A stretch of 64,000 bases of DNA from Malacoraja senta (Eukaryota). The stretch covers positions 361,398,001 through 361,462,000 of the forward strand of contig CM075977.1 of the NCBI GenBank assembly GCA_038087875.1, read 5' to 3'. Each line of letters opens with the position of its first letter. The stretch's first letter is position 1. The notes beneath the pieces are model-generated. The model did no database searches. It was not told the origin of the DNA and saw only the letters and a list, made by a program, of their open reading frames with translations. Shown here piece after piece: positions 50,497 to 62,438 of this stretch. Position numbers and translations under genes: made by a program.

Positions 50497-50870
50497 TTTT
50501 GCATTTACAAAGCCACTTTCACATCTCCTTCAAGAAGTCCTATTGCACTTTGGAACTAATGAAATACATCAGCAGTACCGTTGAGAGGTAGGAAATGTGC
50601 CCAATTTGTAAGCAACATTTTCCACTAAATAGCAATGTGATTATGAACACAATATATGGCCTCCAAATATTGCTATAGTGATAAATACTGTCTGGAATGT
50701 CTTACATCAATCTGAGAGAGCACACATCTCGTCCAAAAAGTGGTAGGTTGGACAGTATGGCACACCTTCAATTCTCCTCGAAGTATCCAGTTTTGAGATG
50801 TGTGCTAGTGAGACTGAAGTCTTCCGATCTTTACATGCTTGATACATGCTTTCAACATGGGAGGTGAGAG
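50497..50870 (-). mobile_element. Ancient DeuSINE (SacSINE1/AmnSINE1-like)
   Basis: Ordered blocks 'ttgcatttacaaagcc', 'gtaggaaatgtgcccaatttg', 'agcaatgtgattatga', 'cttacatcaatctgagagagca', 'catctcgtccaaaa', 'gacagt', 'tgtgct' follow the reverse Deu-domain layout as I recall it. Confidence 0.62.
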
Positions 50871-51340
50871 GGAAACAAATTCTTATTGCGCATTTTATTT
50901 ATTTCTTGAACTGTGTTGTATAAGAATGCAAAATTGGAAATTGTGCATGAGAAAATGAGTTGTTTTTTTAATCTCAAATCATACATAGACTGTAAGAAGG
51001 AATAAACTAAACTGACCAGCCCCTTTCCATGGCTTCCTGGTTACATTAGGTGCATATAAAAATAATTTAAAATAATCAAGTTTAATTTGGTCGATAATTT
51101 AGTTTCATTGAATTTAATCATCTATTTCTTGTGATAATTCTGATTTCTTCATTTTCGAGCTGAAAAATTCTCAAGACGAGGGAGAAAAAGAAACCAGGTT
51201 GTCCGAAAATTGACAAAGGAAAGTGGTATAAAAGGATATATGAAGATGATGGATAAATATGATTAAAGAGTACATCCAGCATAGTCTCCTCACACAAATA
51301 ACTGGTTCCCTGCTGCAATATTATCGTATTTCTATATCAT

Positions 51341-51475
51341 TTCAGTCTGAAGAAGGGTCTCGACCCGAAACATCACCCATTCCTTTTTTCCAGAGATGCT
51401 GCCTGTCCCGCTGAGTTACTCCAGCTTTTTGTGTTTGTCTTCGGTTTAAACCAGCATCTGCAGTTCCTTCTTACT
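51341..51475 (+). mobile_element. Penelope terminal-repeat copy with the best-preserved hammerhead motif
   Basis: CTGAAGA-A-GGGTC-TC-GACCC-GAAAC-ATC at 51347-51374. Confidence 0.85.
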
Positions 51476-52839
51476 CATTTCAGCACATTCCTTAAAATGA
51501 ATGTGCAACCAAGATTGTGCAGTAACTTGGGAGATTATGGCACCCACTTTTTTAAAGCCCATTGTTGCCTAGCTACCAGCTGCTTGGAGAAGGCAGTTTT
51601 CCATTAAATCTGGGGTTAAGCCTTTTCTGCTGCATTTCATCCATTCCAATTCAAGTTGTTGAAGATATGATGCTTTTAATTATGATTATGCTAGTCAAAT
51701 TGAGAAGTAATAAATGTTTCACGCATCTGTTCCGAATAAACAATATGATTTCAATATACATGTACACACACACACTCACGTAAACACACACACACATGAT
51801 ATCATGGTCTTGCCGGGTTGTTATTAAGTGAGTCACTGCCTGAGCCTGCCAGACCTCAGGAAGACTTTGGGCTCTGCGTAAAGGTGAGGCTGTCATTCCA
51901 GTAAATCTGCCTGCTGCCTCCAAATGTCAGCTGCAAAATGTCACACATCATTTGCATGCATTAGGCAGGTAATGGATGACAAGAATTCAAAACCTCCTAA
52001 ATGATTAATGATTTTTGGGTCATTCTTTTAAATTGTTTCAATGGTCTATAGTAATTCTGGTGACAGTAAGCTAGATACCTGTGTTTGTTATGACAAGACA
52101 ATGAAAATGCCAGACACTGTCATCTGAATAATAAATGAACCTCAGATCTGACAATCACTTTTGCACTCTACTAACCCTCCACCCAGAAGAATGATTCATA
52201 CTTAAAAGCTTTTAAAATTCTTAAATTATAACAATAACTTTTTTCTTTATCTATGTTATATTCAAGTTAAAATATTGTAAATATGGAAAATCGAATAAAT
52301 GATCATTGGATTTAAACTGATTAATTTCTTCATAGTCATTGTAGCAACAAAAAAATATTAGATTAAAAATCACATTTCACTGTTTCCATCTCTTGTGTTT
52401 ACTTTCCTTGAATCACTCCTCTTGTAACAATCATCAATTCTCATAACTCATTTTGTGGTTTGTATCATTTGAAAGCAGAGCTCAACTGCTGCTGTGCTGA
52501 GCAGTTCAATCAAGGTCCTTAAAAATAACATCTCATTTAAATAACGTTATTTTTTATGTGCACATGTTAGGAATGATGTTGTGAGGTTCCTCTCCCCAGA
52601 ACAGACTTAAGTACACTTCTAAACTATTAAATGCCTAACAAAATTCAAGATGTCATACAACAAATCTCCACATCAGAGTGAAAACTAGCAAAAAAAATCT
52701 TGAGCCATTAGTCGCGTTAGCTGTTTCGCGATGTATTGTGAAATTTACAGAGTTTCAAATTGTTCGCAACCAATAGAAATAAAAACATATTAACCATACA
52801 AATAGATAAGAGAGATTTTGAACATTCTTTTAGTTTTTT

Positions 52840-53139
52840 TGGAGATACAGTGTGGAAACAGGCTCTTTGGCCTCAGAGTATGCACCAACCAGTGATCCAC
52901 GTCACACTAGCACACACTACACACTAGGGACAATTTACAATTTACAATTTTTACTGAAGCTAATTAACCTACAAACAAGTACGTCTTTGGAGTGTGGTAG
53001 GAAACCGGATCACCCTGGAAAAACCCATGTGATCACAGGGAGAACGTACAAACTGTGTATAGCAGCACCCACAGTCAGGATCGAACCTAGGTCTCTGACG
53101 CTGTAAGGCAGCAACTCCACCGTTGTGCCACTGTGCCTT
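52840..53139 (-). mobile_element. HE1/V-SINE, full length
   Basis: Minus-strand head GGCACAGTGGCACAACGGTGGAG...GGTTCGATCC, V-domain, CR1-like tail. Confidence 0.9.
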
Positions 53140-53492
53140 CCAGAAACTTTTATTACCGAGTTAATTTCATTGACTTTTGTATTCCATTTTTTCTTCTTTG
53201 TATTAAGCAGTATTGGTTTTCTATTGCGATTCCTGACCAGGTTTGCAGAGTGCTCTGTCAATGATCTGCTGGTGGAAGATGGCTCACAAGTGTGTTCCAT
53301 CTGACAGCTGGTTAAGCAGAGGACGAAAAGTGAAGCTGCTACACTGCTGCAATTTGAGAAATTCACTTAAGTTTGCAAATGCTGAGTATGTAAGATAGGT
53401 CATTGTAATATCAGGTCAATTGTTTTACTCCAGTAAGTAGGGAGGACTTGCATCTGCAGGCTGCAACCATGGTGTAGCTGGAATGGGGAATA

Positions 53493-54149
53493 CAGTAAAC
53501 CCTTGTTATAATGAACCATGGGGCGGGGGGGGGGGGGGGGAGGAATGGTGTCCGTTATTGCCGATTGTCCACTATAACCGAGTACGGTATTATCATTGTA
53601 CAAGTCGTAAAAACAAACAAATGCAGTTGTTGGTTAATATATAAAAAGGGCACAAAGTCCAAGAATAACTCAGCAGGTCAGGCAGCATCTCCGGAGAACA
53701 TGGATAGGAGACGGTACCCTTCTTCAGATTCTCAGACCAGAACTAGACCTGGAATCCAGGTGAGTTAAGGGCTCCGGCCTGTTGACAGCTGGGGGCATGG
53801 ATCGTCGTGTCAATGGTCACGGACTGTGGTTGGCAGGAGTGCTGGTAAGGATCGCGGTGGAGGCGGCGGCAGGCATGGCCTGGAAGCAGATGAGGAAGCT
53901 GTGTGGACCGGCATTGGCTGCAGTAGGTCCAGCCTGGAAGCAGCCGGAAAGACGGAGTGAGCCGGTGCAGGAAGCCTGGCCGGGAAGCGGCTGGAGAGAC
54001 TGTGCGAGCCGGGGGTGGTGTGGGAAGCCTGGCCAGGAAGAGGCCGGGGAGGCGGTGTGAGCCAGGAGTGACTTCGGCAAACATCCGTTGGTCCGTCCGC
54101 AATAACTGAAATCCATTATAAAGAGATCCATTAAAACAAGGGTTTACAG
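53493..54149. mobile_element. Tigger/pogo-like non-autonomous DNA transposon with a nested Penelope piece (about 53620-53730)
   Basis: TA|CAGTAAACCCTTGTTATAATGAACC...GATCCATTAAAACAAGGGTTTACAG|TA (21/25 identical); GC-rich interior. Confidence 0.85.
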
Positions 54150-54569
54150 TACTGTGTTTTAATGTTGGGAATGCAAAGTTTTGATGCCACTTGCAGTTTG
54201 CGTGCAAATTGGCTACCTGGCATGAAAGTTGGGCTCGCAAATCTCCCAAAGAATTAATGTTTCTACTCACCTCATGTTGTACTTGGGAGAAGCCTGGATC
54301 TAGGAATCGGTGGGATCCAAGGCCAGGTCCTTTTGATATGTCTCTTCACTGACTTGCAAACAGTTGTAAGGCTGGGGCCTCAGAGAAAAGCAGTCCCTAT
54401 TTTGTTATGTTACGAGTGATAGAATGACACTTAGTACAAGCAAAGTCTCAGTCAAGTTCTGGATCTGAAGCGGGATTGGGATTGTGGGGAAAATGGACCA
54501 GGGCAATGAAGTTAATGTAGCGAGTCCCTGCTACCACCCACCAAGTAGCCTGGGAAATGCTGGTTCCTT

Positions 54570-54708
54570 TTTCTTCTTCTTTCGTGTGGCGTGCACAGCC
54601 TAAAGTTGTTGGACAACTTGTTCTATTTGATCTTCCGTTTGTGCACGTCGAGTTGATTGCATTAGTCGAAACAGGGCGGACCACGTGAATGTTGCAATCT
54701 TCCACCCC
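54570..54708 (-). mobile_element. 139-bp non-autonomous retroposon (Ingi/Vingi-like 3' end) with 5' ribozyme
   Basis: 10-bp TSD CTGGTTCCTT/CTGGGTCCTT (54560-54569, 54709-54718); 3' end GCCACACGAAAGAAGAAGAAA. Confidence 0.8.
54655..54708 (-). ncRNA. Minimal HDV-like self-cleaving ribozyme (predicted)
   Basis: GGGGUGG AA GAUUGCA ACA UUCACGU GGU CCGCCCU GU UUCG A C UAA UGCAAUC: 7-bp P1 with G1.U wobble, perfect 7-bp P2, P3 with one mismatch, L3 UUCACGU, J4/2 CUAA. Confidence 0.82.
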
Positions 54709-56595
54709 CTGGGTCCTTATTTCATGTAAAAGATGAATATCCATATCTGAACAAGAACAGGATGTCAGAATACTCGTAGTATATAGTATTTAGTGTGTAT
54801 ATATATTTTTAAAAATCTTCAAATTCTTTTGATCTTAATAAGAACAAATACATGTGATAAGTACTGACCTTCTCTGAACAGAGATTAGCCAAGAAGTGAA
54901 GAATCAAAAATTTATAAACACTTATTGAGGACATAAAGTCTTACCCCCATCCCGAAGCATTCACTAGTAATGCTTAGGGTAGGGTATTGGTAAAGCTCAA
55001 CAAAATCTGCTCCAGTTTGTAATAAGGATCATCAATAGTTATATACAATGAATTTCTCTTATCAGGAATTAGCTCTTAATCAGATTTACTGCTTTTCACT
55101 TTTGCAATGTTATTGATCCTGAATGTGTTGCTCCCATGTGGGATAAATTGCTCTTCAGCCGCTTGCCATAAATACATTGTTTGGTATTAAATCATGTGTC
55201 AAATTTAATATTGAATCCAATAACCTTGTGTCTGCCAACTTTTAAAATGGTCCATTTATACACAGGTAGTTTCCAGAGCTGGCACAAGGAGAGAAGTTTG
55301 CCTTTATTGTTCAATGCCTCTTACCAATGCCAAATCCTACTACTCATTCCTTTGGACAATATGGCAGCGACGAAAGGAACTTTTAAGTTCTGTTTTAAGG
55401 TTTTTTTTCCTTTTAAAGATTTGGTATACAGTATTGTTACACTGAAGGCTTGTTCAGTTTAAACACTGTTAATATAATAATTGCAGTGTTGATATGTGTA
55501 CTGAGCCATTGATAAGTTTGCCAGATACGTAAGCGACATTTTAGAACAAAGTGTCAAAATGAAGCCATGTTTCTATTTTGCTTAAAAACCTTGACAAGAG
55601 GTCTTCAAGTTGAAACATTAACTCTCTTTCCCTTTTATATGGTTGCTCTCTGATTTGCCGAATGTTTGCAGCATTTCCTGGCTTTGCTCCAGGTATTCAG
55701 CATTGCGGGTTTTGACTTTCAAGTTCCTTCCTCATCATAGTCCCTCACCTCCCAATCATGAGAACACCTCCAGCCCACTAGCTTGTAACAGCATTATTAT
55801 AAAGAGTTTTATCCACGGTGATATACAATAAGCATGTGTTATTGAGATGTGGGCATTGGAAAGATGCTTCTGAAATTTTCGTCAATGGAACTAAATTTCA
55901 AAAAAAAATATTCTGAGCATATCAAGAGATGGCAAATTCCTACTGTGAATTTCTGAGCAGGCCAATTTTCTGTTCCTCTTCATTGGTGGTTAGACTTTTT
56001 TTTAAACCATCATTATTACATAAACTGGGATTTTCTGCCTAAATCCCAAAAACCTACCTCTCTGTGCAAACATTTGATTACCTGCCTTAATGTATCTTTT
56101 GTCATTTTGGCCTCAGGACATTTTACCATATTAAAGAAAACATAGAGAAGCAAGTTGGGAAAGGATGGGGCAGCCCCAAAATAAAAATAATATCTTGCAA
56201 TAAAGCTAATGTCAGTGAACTTTCAAGTAGGTTAGCCCTGAAACATTGGAAATAAACAAATTGTAAATTAATCAGTGCACAAATGACAAAAAACACTGAT
56301 TACATGATTATGGGGTGAATTAGGTCTATATTCATGGAAAAGCTAGTTATTGGATTAGTGAAGACCAAAAGGCATATGAGAATAATAGGTCAATAGATAA
56401 TGACAATCGCAGTCTTTTAAAAGACTGTTAGGAAGCAAAAGAAAATTAAAAATGTAAAGGAAGGACATAAGAGATTTTTCAAAGGATTTTGAAAGTAATG
56501 AAATAAAACAGGAATTAATGAATGAGTAAATTCTAGAGATGAAGGAATTTCATTAGCAACAGAATGAAAGGATATAAGAAGACAAGGTAGACAAA

Positions 56596-56728
56596 TGAAG
56601 AAGGGTCTCGACCTAAAACATCACCTATCCATGTTCTCCAGAGATGCTGCCTGACTTACTGACTTACTTACTCCAGCACTTTGTGTCCCTTTGTGTATTA
56701 ATCAGCATCTGCAGTTCTTTGTTTCTAT
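56596..56728 (+). mobile_element. Penelope terminal-repeat copy
   Basis: 'tgaagaagggtctcgacctaaaacatcacctatcc...gcatctgcagttc'. Confidence 0.8.
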
Positions 56729-57297
56729 TCTATGGTAGATGCAGACAACTGACTGGGAAACATGTATAAAACAAACTACGTGAACAAATGGTGAGATGCT
56801 GAATAAAAATGCAGCAAACGAATGACAGGTAGTTGAGAATGTTAAAGTAAGTCACAAAAGCAATATCACAGGTTTTAATCACTAACTTTCAAACATCCTT
56901 GAATATGGACTGTGCTAAAAGACTGCAACTGATCCAACTTTCCATTTTGCTTAAGACCCTGTGTTTTTTCATTTACTGACAAATCTGCCCTTGTCAAAAG
57001 CCTACTTAAAATAAGATTACTAGAATGGTCTGTTTAGTGTGCTCAATTTTGCCACCTATCTCACCGCTTGCAAATAACATCCTTAAAATATTTCTTTCCC
57101 ATCAGTAAGGGAGGAAAATTCAATATATTTTAAATGGAAATGCAATTGGAACAGAATGCATGAACACTCAGCAACAACGGTTCAACAAATATCGTATCTC
57201 ATCCAAGTTGCATTTCCTGCAAAATGCACCACGTTCTACTTTACCATGTACTGTTTTCTTACCACTATTTCGGGTCCCTTTCTTGTCCCTTTCAACA

Positions 57298-57606
57298 GGC
57301 GGCATGGTGGCGCAGCAATAGAGATGCTGACTTACAGCGCTTACAGCGAAGAGACCTGGATTCGATTCCGACTACAAGTGTTGTTTGTACGGAGTTTATA
57401 AATTCTCCCCATGACCGCGTGGGTTTTTCACCGAGCTCTTCGGTTTCCTCCCACACTCCAAAGATGTACAGGTTTATAGGTTAATTGGCTTGGTATAAAT
57501 GTAAATTGTCCCTAGTGTGTGTAGGATAGTGTTAATGTGCTGGGATCGCTGGTCGGTGCGGCCAAAGAGCCTGTTTCCACGCTGTATCTCTAAAACAAAA
57601 CAAAAA
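57298..57606 (+). mobile_element. HE1/V-SINE, full length
   Basis: A box TGGCGCAGCAATAG, B box GATTCGATTCC, internal CTTACAGCG duplication, V-domain, CR1-like 3' end 'cctgtttccacgctgtatctctaaa'. Confidence 0.92.
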
Positions 57607-57894
57607 ATCATCTTGTTGAGGTGAAATCTGCCATAGATATGTGTAGCTGGGATGCGAGCTCAAGGAAAATATAACCCAGAATTGGCGACAGCAACAATTA
57701 TGTTCCTGCCAGGCGCAACCGCCCATTGAGCTTCTCCTTCACATGAGATAATGTAGTGCTTTCATGCATAGCAGGGCATAGAATGGAATAAACTAATCTG
57801 CCTTGCTGTTTAGCTGAATTCAGGCCTATCACTGGAATGGTCAAGTAGTAGTTCATGGGGTCATAGTAACAGTAAAAACCATAGTAAAAGTCTA

Positions 57895-58070
57895 GTCAAT
57901 GGATATTTTTAAGGCAGAAATGGATAGATTCTTGATTAGTACGGGTGTCAGGGGTTATGGGGAGAAGGCGAGAGAACGGGGTTAGGAGTGAGAGATAGAT
58001 CAACCATGATGGAATGGTGGAGTAGACTTGATGGGCTGAATGGCCTAATTCTGCTCCCATAACATGAACA
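57895..58070 (+). mobile_element. CR1 3' end
   Basis: Matches 31820-32005. Confidence 0.85.
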
Positions 58071-59589
58071 TAAAAAATGTATTAGATTCTATCTTAAAAG
58101 GAGGAATGAACTTTTTTAAATCTTAGAGTTGGATTACAGAAGTGAATGGGACAAAGGGTGCCCAGATAGAACCTGAGACTAAATATTGTTTCTCAACAGA
58201 TTGGCCTTGACAGTAGTCTGAACTGGTATTCCTCTCAATACAATTGCTCTAGGATCCTTTGAATATTGTTCTCAAGTGCCGATAGCTTTAACCTGCAGCT
58301 AAATAACTCTCTTATGGATTTTAACAACAAGAAATTTTAAAATTAAAATAGAAAATAAAACGTTAAAATTATTGAAGCAATTTGATAACAAAAAATACCA
58401 ACAGTTGAATAAAGTTTAAACATGCCACAACAGAATTGACAACTTTTGTAAGGGTGAGAAATGAACACAATACAAGAGGGACGTATCAGAAAAGATTTAC
58501 GGCTTATACGCTGATATTTATTTTGCATTGATGGAAATCCCTCACTAAACTCTAAAAGGATTAAATGTTTCAATTTGTGACCCATAGGAATCACGTGAAC
58601 AAGTATGTTATTTGCAAAGGGAAACACACTAGTGTCCATTTTACATGTATGAATTATTACTGGAAATCAGACTGCCCAGTGCAGTGGGTAACCCAGTCAC
58701 ACTCTGGGCCTTCAACTGCATCTGTGCCTAATCATTCAAAGCATGCTATAACCAGGTTCAGGGAAGAATTTTACCAGACTTGTCACTTACTAGGTTTTGT
58801 CAATGAGCACTCATGACAACATGCAACACATTTGTCTCTTAGTACACACTCATTAATAGAATCTGTAATATTTACAACCGATTGAATCTCTTGAATAACA
58901 CTTCTCTTGCTTGCTGCTTCGATTTTCACCGGGTTTGGGCTTTACTATAACCCCAATGGAATATGGGGTACAAGAAAATCAAGTCAAGATGATGAGGCTA
59001 AAATGAAAAAGAAGAGAAAATAAAAAATAAAAATGTGATTATCCCATGGAATCACAGATGGGAGTCAATCACGGGCGGTGCTCAAAGTTCATTGTAGCAT
59101 AACTCGCAGACAGTTCCATCAGGGAGAAATCCATTATTATTATCGTGACTGCATTAATTCCTCGTTATCCTCTGCAGATTGATCTTAAGGTGTCAATGTC
59201 GCAGAATACAATAGCTCCCCTGACTGTAATGATATTGTGGACACTTTTCAATAATGTTCTCTTTGGTATTAATGAGAGATATGTTGGCAACTCGTCATCA
59301 TGATCTCTCAGAAGATTGTTTGATACATATGATGTGCCTGTTTTCCTTCTGGAGTATTTCATTATAGCTATAGGATTCATTTTTAAAGTTAGCTAATATC
59401 AATAGCATTTTAAGACCTGAAAATATCTTCTATAGCTTTGCTCTGTTTGTTCATGCCATACAATGTAGTATTCCATATCGGGAAATCCTACTGAAACACA
59501 AATTAAAAAAAAAAGAACATTTCAGGTCATCAACCTGAAATATTAACCACTTCTCTTTTCACAGATGCTGTGATTTTTCCCACCTTTTA

Positions 59590-59805
59590 TGGAGACACAA
59601 GGAACTGCAGATATAAAAAAGACACAAAGTGCTGGAGTAACTTTCCCCGTCAGGCAGCATCCCTGGAGAACGTGGATGGGTGACGATTTGCTTCAGGACC
59701 TTTCATCAGTCTGAAGAACGGTCCCAACCCACGATGTCACCTATCCATGTTCAGCACAAAGGCCGCCTGACCAGCTGAGTTACTCCATCACTTTGTGTCT
59801 TTTTT
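59590..59805. mobile_element. Penelope-derived fold-back repeat
   Basis: 'gacacaaagtgctggagtaact...tttcatcag|tctgaagaa...agttactccatcactttgtgtc'. Confidence 0.8.
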
Positions 59806-60412
59806 TTCTACCTTAAATTCAGATTTCTAAAATCTGATGTTTTTCTTTGTGTTCAGCTTTTGAACCTCACCCAGCCATTTCCTTACTCATAGCAATCTTA
59901 TCATCTCTGCAAAATCGTTGTGCTTATCTTTCAAGGTGAGCTTAAGGACTTGGGGGTGACTTATGGGCTTGCTCAGAATGTGAAGCTGAGGTTTGTGTGC
60001 AGGCAGTGCACTATTTTTGAGGCACTGTGCTTTTTAGGTCACGGAAACGTTATCGCTGCTCAGGCCCGTGTGACTGAGAGGAACAAGACTCGCATCAAGA
60101 TCCATCAGTCCCCCAGAGAAAGGCTTCGTACTTTCCGTTCATCTGTGCTGGGAGTCCACCTTGGGGAGAACAGTGCAACTCTGTGGCAGGCTCTGAGTGT
60201 CTGGTGCCACCTATCTGTGCTTTCACACAGCTGAGCAGAGAGCAGTCGCAACTCAAAACCAGCTGTGCATCCGAGGAAGTACTGATTTAAACCTCTCCAC
60301 CATCAACCCAGAACTCTCCCACCCCCCCCCCCCCACATCGCCTCATGTTGCATACAGAATTCCGATATTTCTATTATTTGTGCTTTCGTAGAACACCACT
60401 ACTTCTATTTGT

Positions 60413-60540
60413 AAGAAAGAACTGCAGATGCAGGTTTATATCGAAGGTAGACACAAAATTCTGGAGTAACTCAGCGGGTCAGGCAGCATCTCTGGAGAGA
60501 AGTAATGGGTGACGTTTCGGGTCAAGACCCTTCTTTAGTC
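60413..60540 (-). mobile_element. Penelope terminal-repeat copy
   Basis: Minus strand CTAAAGAAGGGTCTTGACCCGAAACGTC. Confidence 0.8.
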
Positions 60541-61824
60541 TAAAGTATTTCACTTATTTTGGGTGTAAGTCTGAAAGTGTTCAACCTGGAATATTTTTTT
60601 TCTGGTCTGGATACCAGGTAGCTGTCAAATCCTCATTTCTTAAACACTCGATGGAACAGTCACCCATTTAAATTTACAGGGAAAATGAGTTTAGCAAAAG
60701 CCACACTTAATAGGAGTAGCCACTTAACAGGTAATGGAATATACTGTACTCTCAATTGACCTCCATGCAACATGACATTAATAACTGGATCCCACTGGGC
60801 TTTCACGTTTGTGTTTCCATCTGCAACATCATTTATTTTTGTATTGACACAAGTAGTTAAAATCAAAGAATGGCTTTGACATGGCACCATATTGTGATGC
60901 AAAATCAGTGTACGACATTTAATTAAAGGCCACAATTCCCATCATTGCCATAGAAACAGTACTTATCCTCTATTTCAGCATCCATCTTTTCTCAACATTA
61001 ATGTACTGAATGGTGTTTATTAATACTTTATGATGAGGCCCATGCATATTAATTAAAATGTGCATTTTGACCTTTAATTGACAATGCTATGCAATTATAT
61101 TCAACATTATTAAGGTAACATAAAGAGCACTTTGGGGATGGTAAATGTAATAGCAAATCAGTTACTCCAGCATTTGGTGTCTATCTTCAGTTTAAACAAG
61201 CATCTGCAGTTCCTTCCTACAATAAATCAGACAGATCTTGGTGCTGGAACATCAATGCAATATTATTTTAAGTAATTTAATCAACTTCTTAATGTATTAA
61301 TAAGTATTAAGAAGTATTAAGTATATTAAGGCATACGTTATAGAACATAGGAACAGATATAAGCTATTCATCCTCTCAAAGCTGAAATACCATTCAACTA
61401 GTTATTGGATCAAATCTGTTTCACCCGAAACCAACAAAAATCAATTAATCACTGTCTTGAAAATGTCATGAATCCAGCTTCAGCATTCATTTAAGGCAGT
61501 AATCTGGATTTCCACCACCCCTTCCATAAAAAAAGGAAATTCCTCATTTGCTTCTAATTGAATGATTGCACGTTTTGAGATCATATCATTTTGCACACAC
61601 AGAAAATTGTTTTGATTTATCTACTGCATTAAATTAGAAAATCTCATGATTAAAAATGAGGTTGAGGTACCCCGGGCCACAATGAATAGGCAGGTGAGCC
61701 TGCACTCCATTCCACACCCCCAGACGAGTCACGCTGCAGCTTGAGCTGGTTTTGAGGGTGTGGAATTAAACTTCAGTGCAGTATTCGGATGGGAAGTGAC
61801 TAAAGCTTTGTACGATTGAAACAT

Positions 61825-62438
61825 TAGAAACATAGAAACATAGAAAATCGGTGCAGGAGTAGGCCATTCGGTCCTTCGAGCCTGCACCGCCATTCGATAT
61901 GATCATGGCTGATCATCCAACTCAGTATCCCATCCCTGCCTTCTCTCCATACACCCTGATCCCTTTAGCCACAAGGGCCACATCTAACTCCCTCTTAAAT
62001 ATAGCCAATGAACTGGCCTCAACTTCCTTCTGTGGCAGAGAATTCCACAGATTCACCACTCTCGGTGTAAAAAATGATTTTCTCATCTCGGTCCTAAAAG
62101 ACTTCCCTCTTATCCTTAAACTGTGACCCTTAGTTCTGGACTTCCCCAACATCGGAAATAATCTTCCTGCATCTAGCCTGTCCAACCCCTTAAGAATTTT
62201 GTGAGTTTCTATAAGATACCCTCTCAATCTTCTAAATTCTAGCGTGTACAAGCCGAGTCTATCCAGTCTTTCTTCATATGAAAGTCCTGCCATCCCAGGA
62301 ATCAGTCTGGTGAACCTTCTCTGTACTCCCTCTATGGCAAGAATGTCTTTCCTCAGATTAGGAGACCAAAACTGTACGCAATACTCCAGGTGTGGTCTCA
62401 CCAAGACCCTGTACAACTGCAGTCGAACCTCCCTGCTC
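61825..62438 (-). mobile_element. CR1 LINE 3' portion, open frame
   Basis: ORF 61922..62524 nearly identical to ORF 205..849; (CATAGAAA)n tail. Confidence 0.95.

Noticed and set aside
53780-54100. CpG-island promoter
   Set aside because: The GC-rich tract lies inside a TA-flanked TIR element, as do those at 32450-32770 and 42574-43252.
57298-57375. tRNA gene
   Set aside because: tRNA-like head continues into a V-domain and LINE-like tail, and has an internal duplication; it is a SINE.
59920-60234. 104-aa ORF or exon in a moderately GC-rich patch
   Set aside because: No recognisable protein motif or convincing splice pair.
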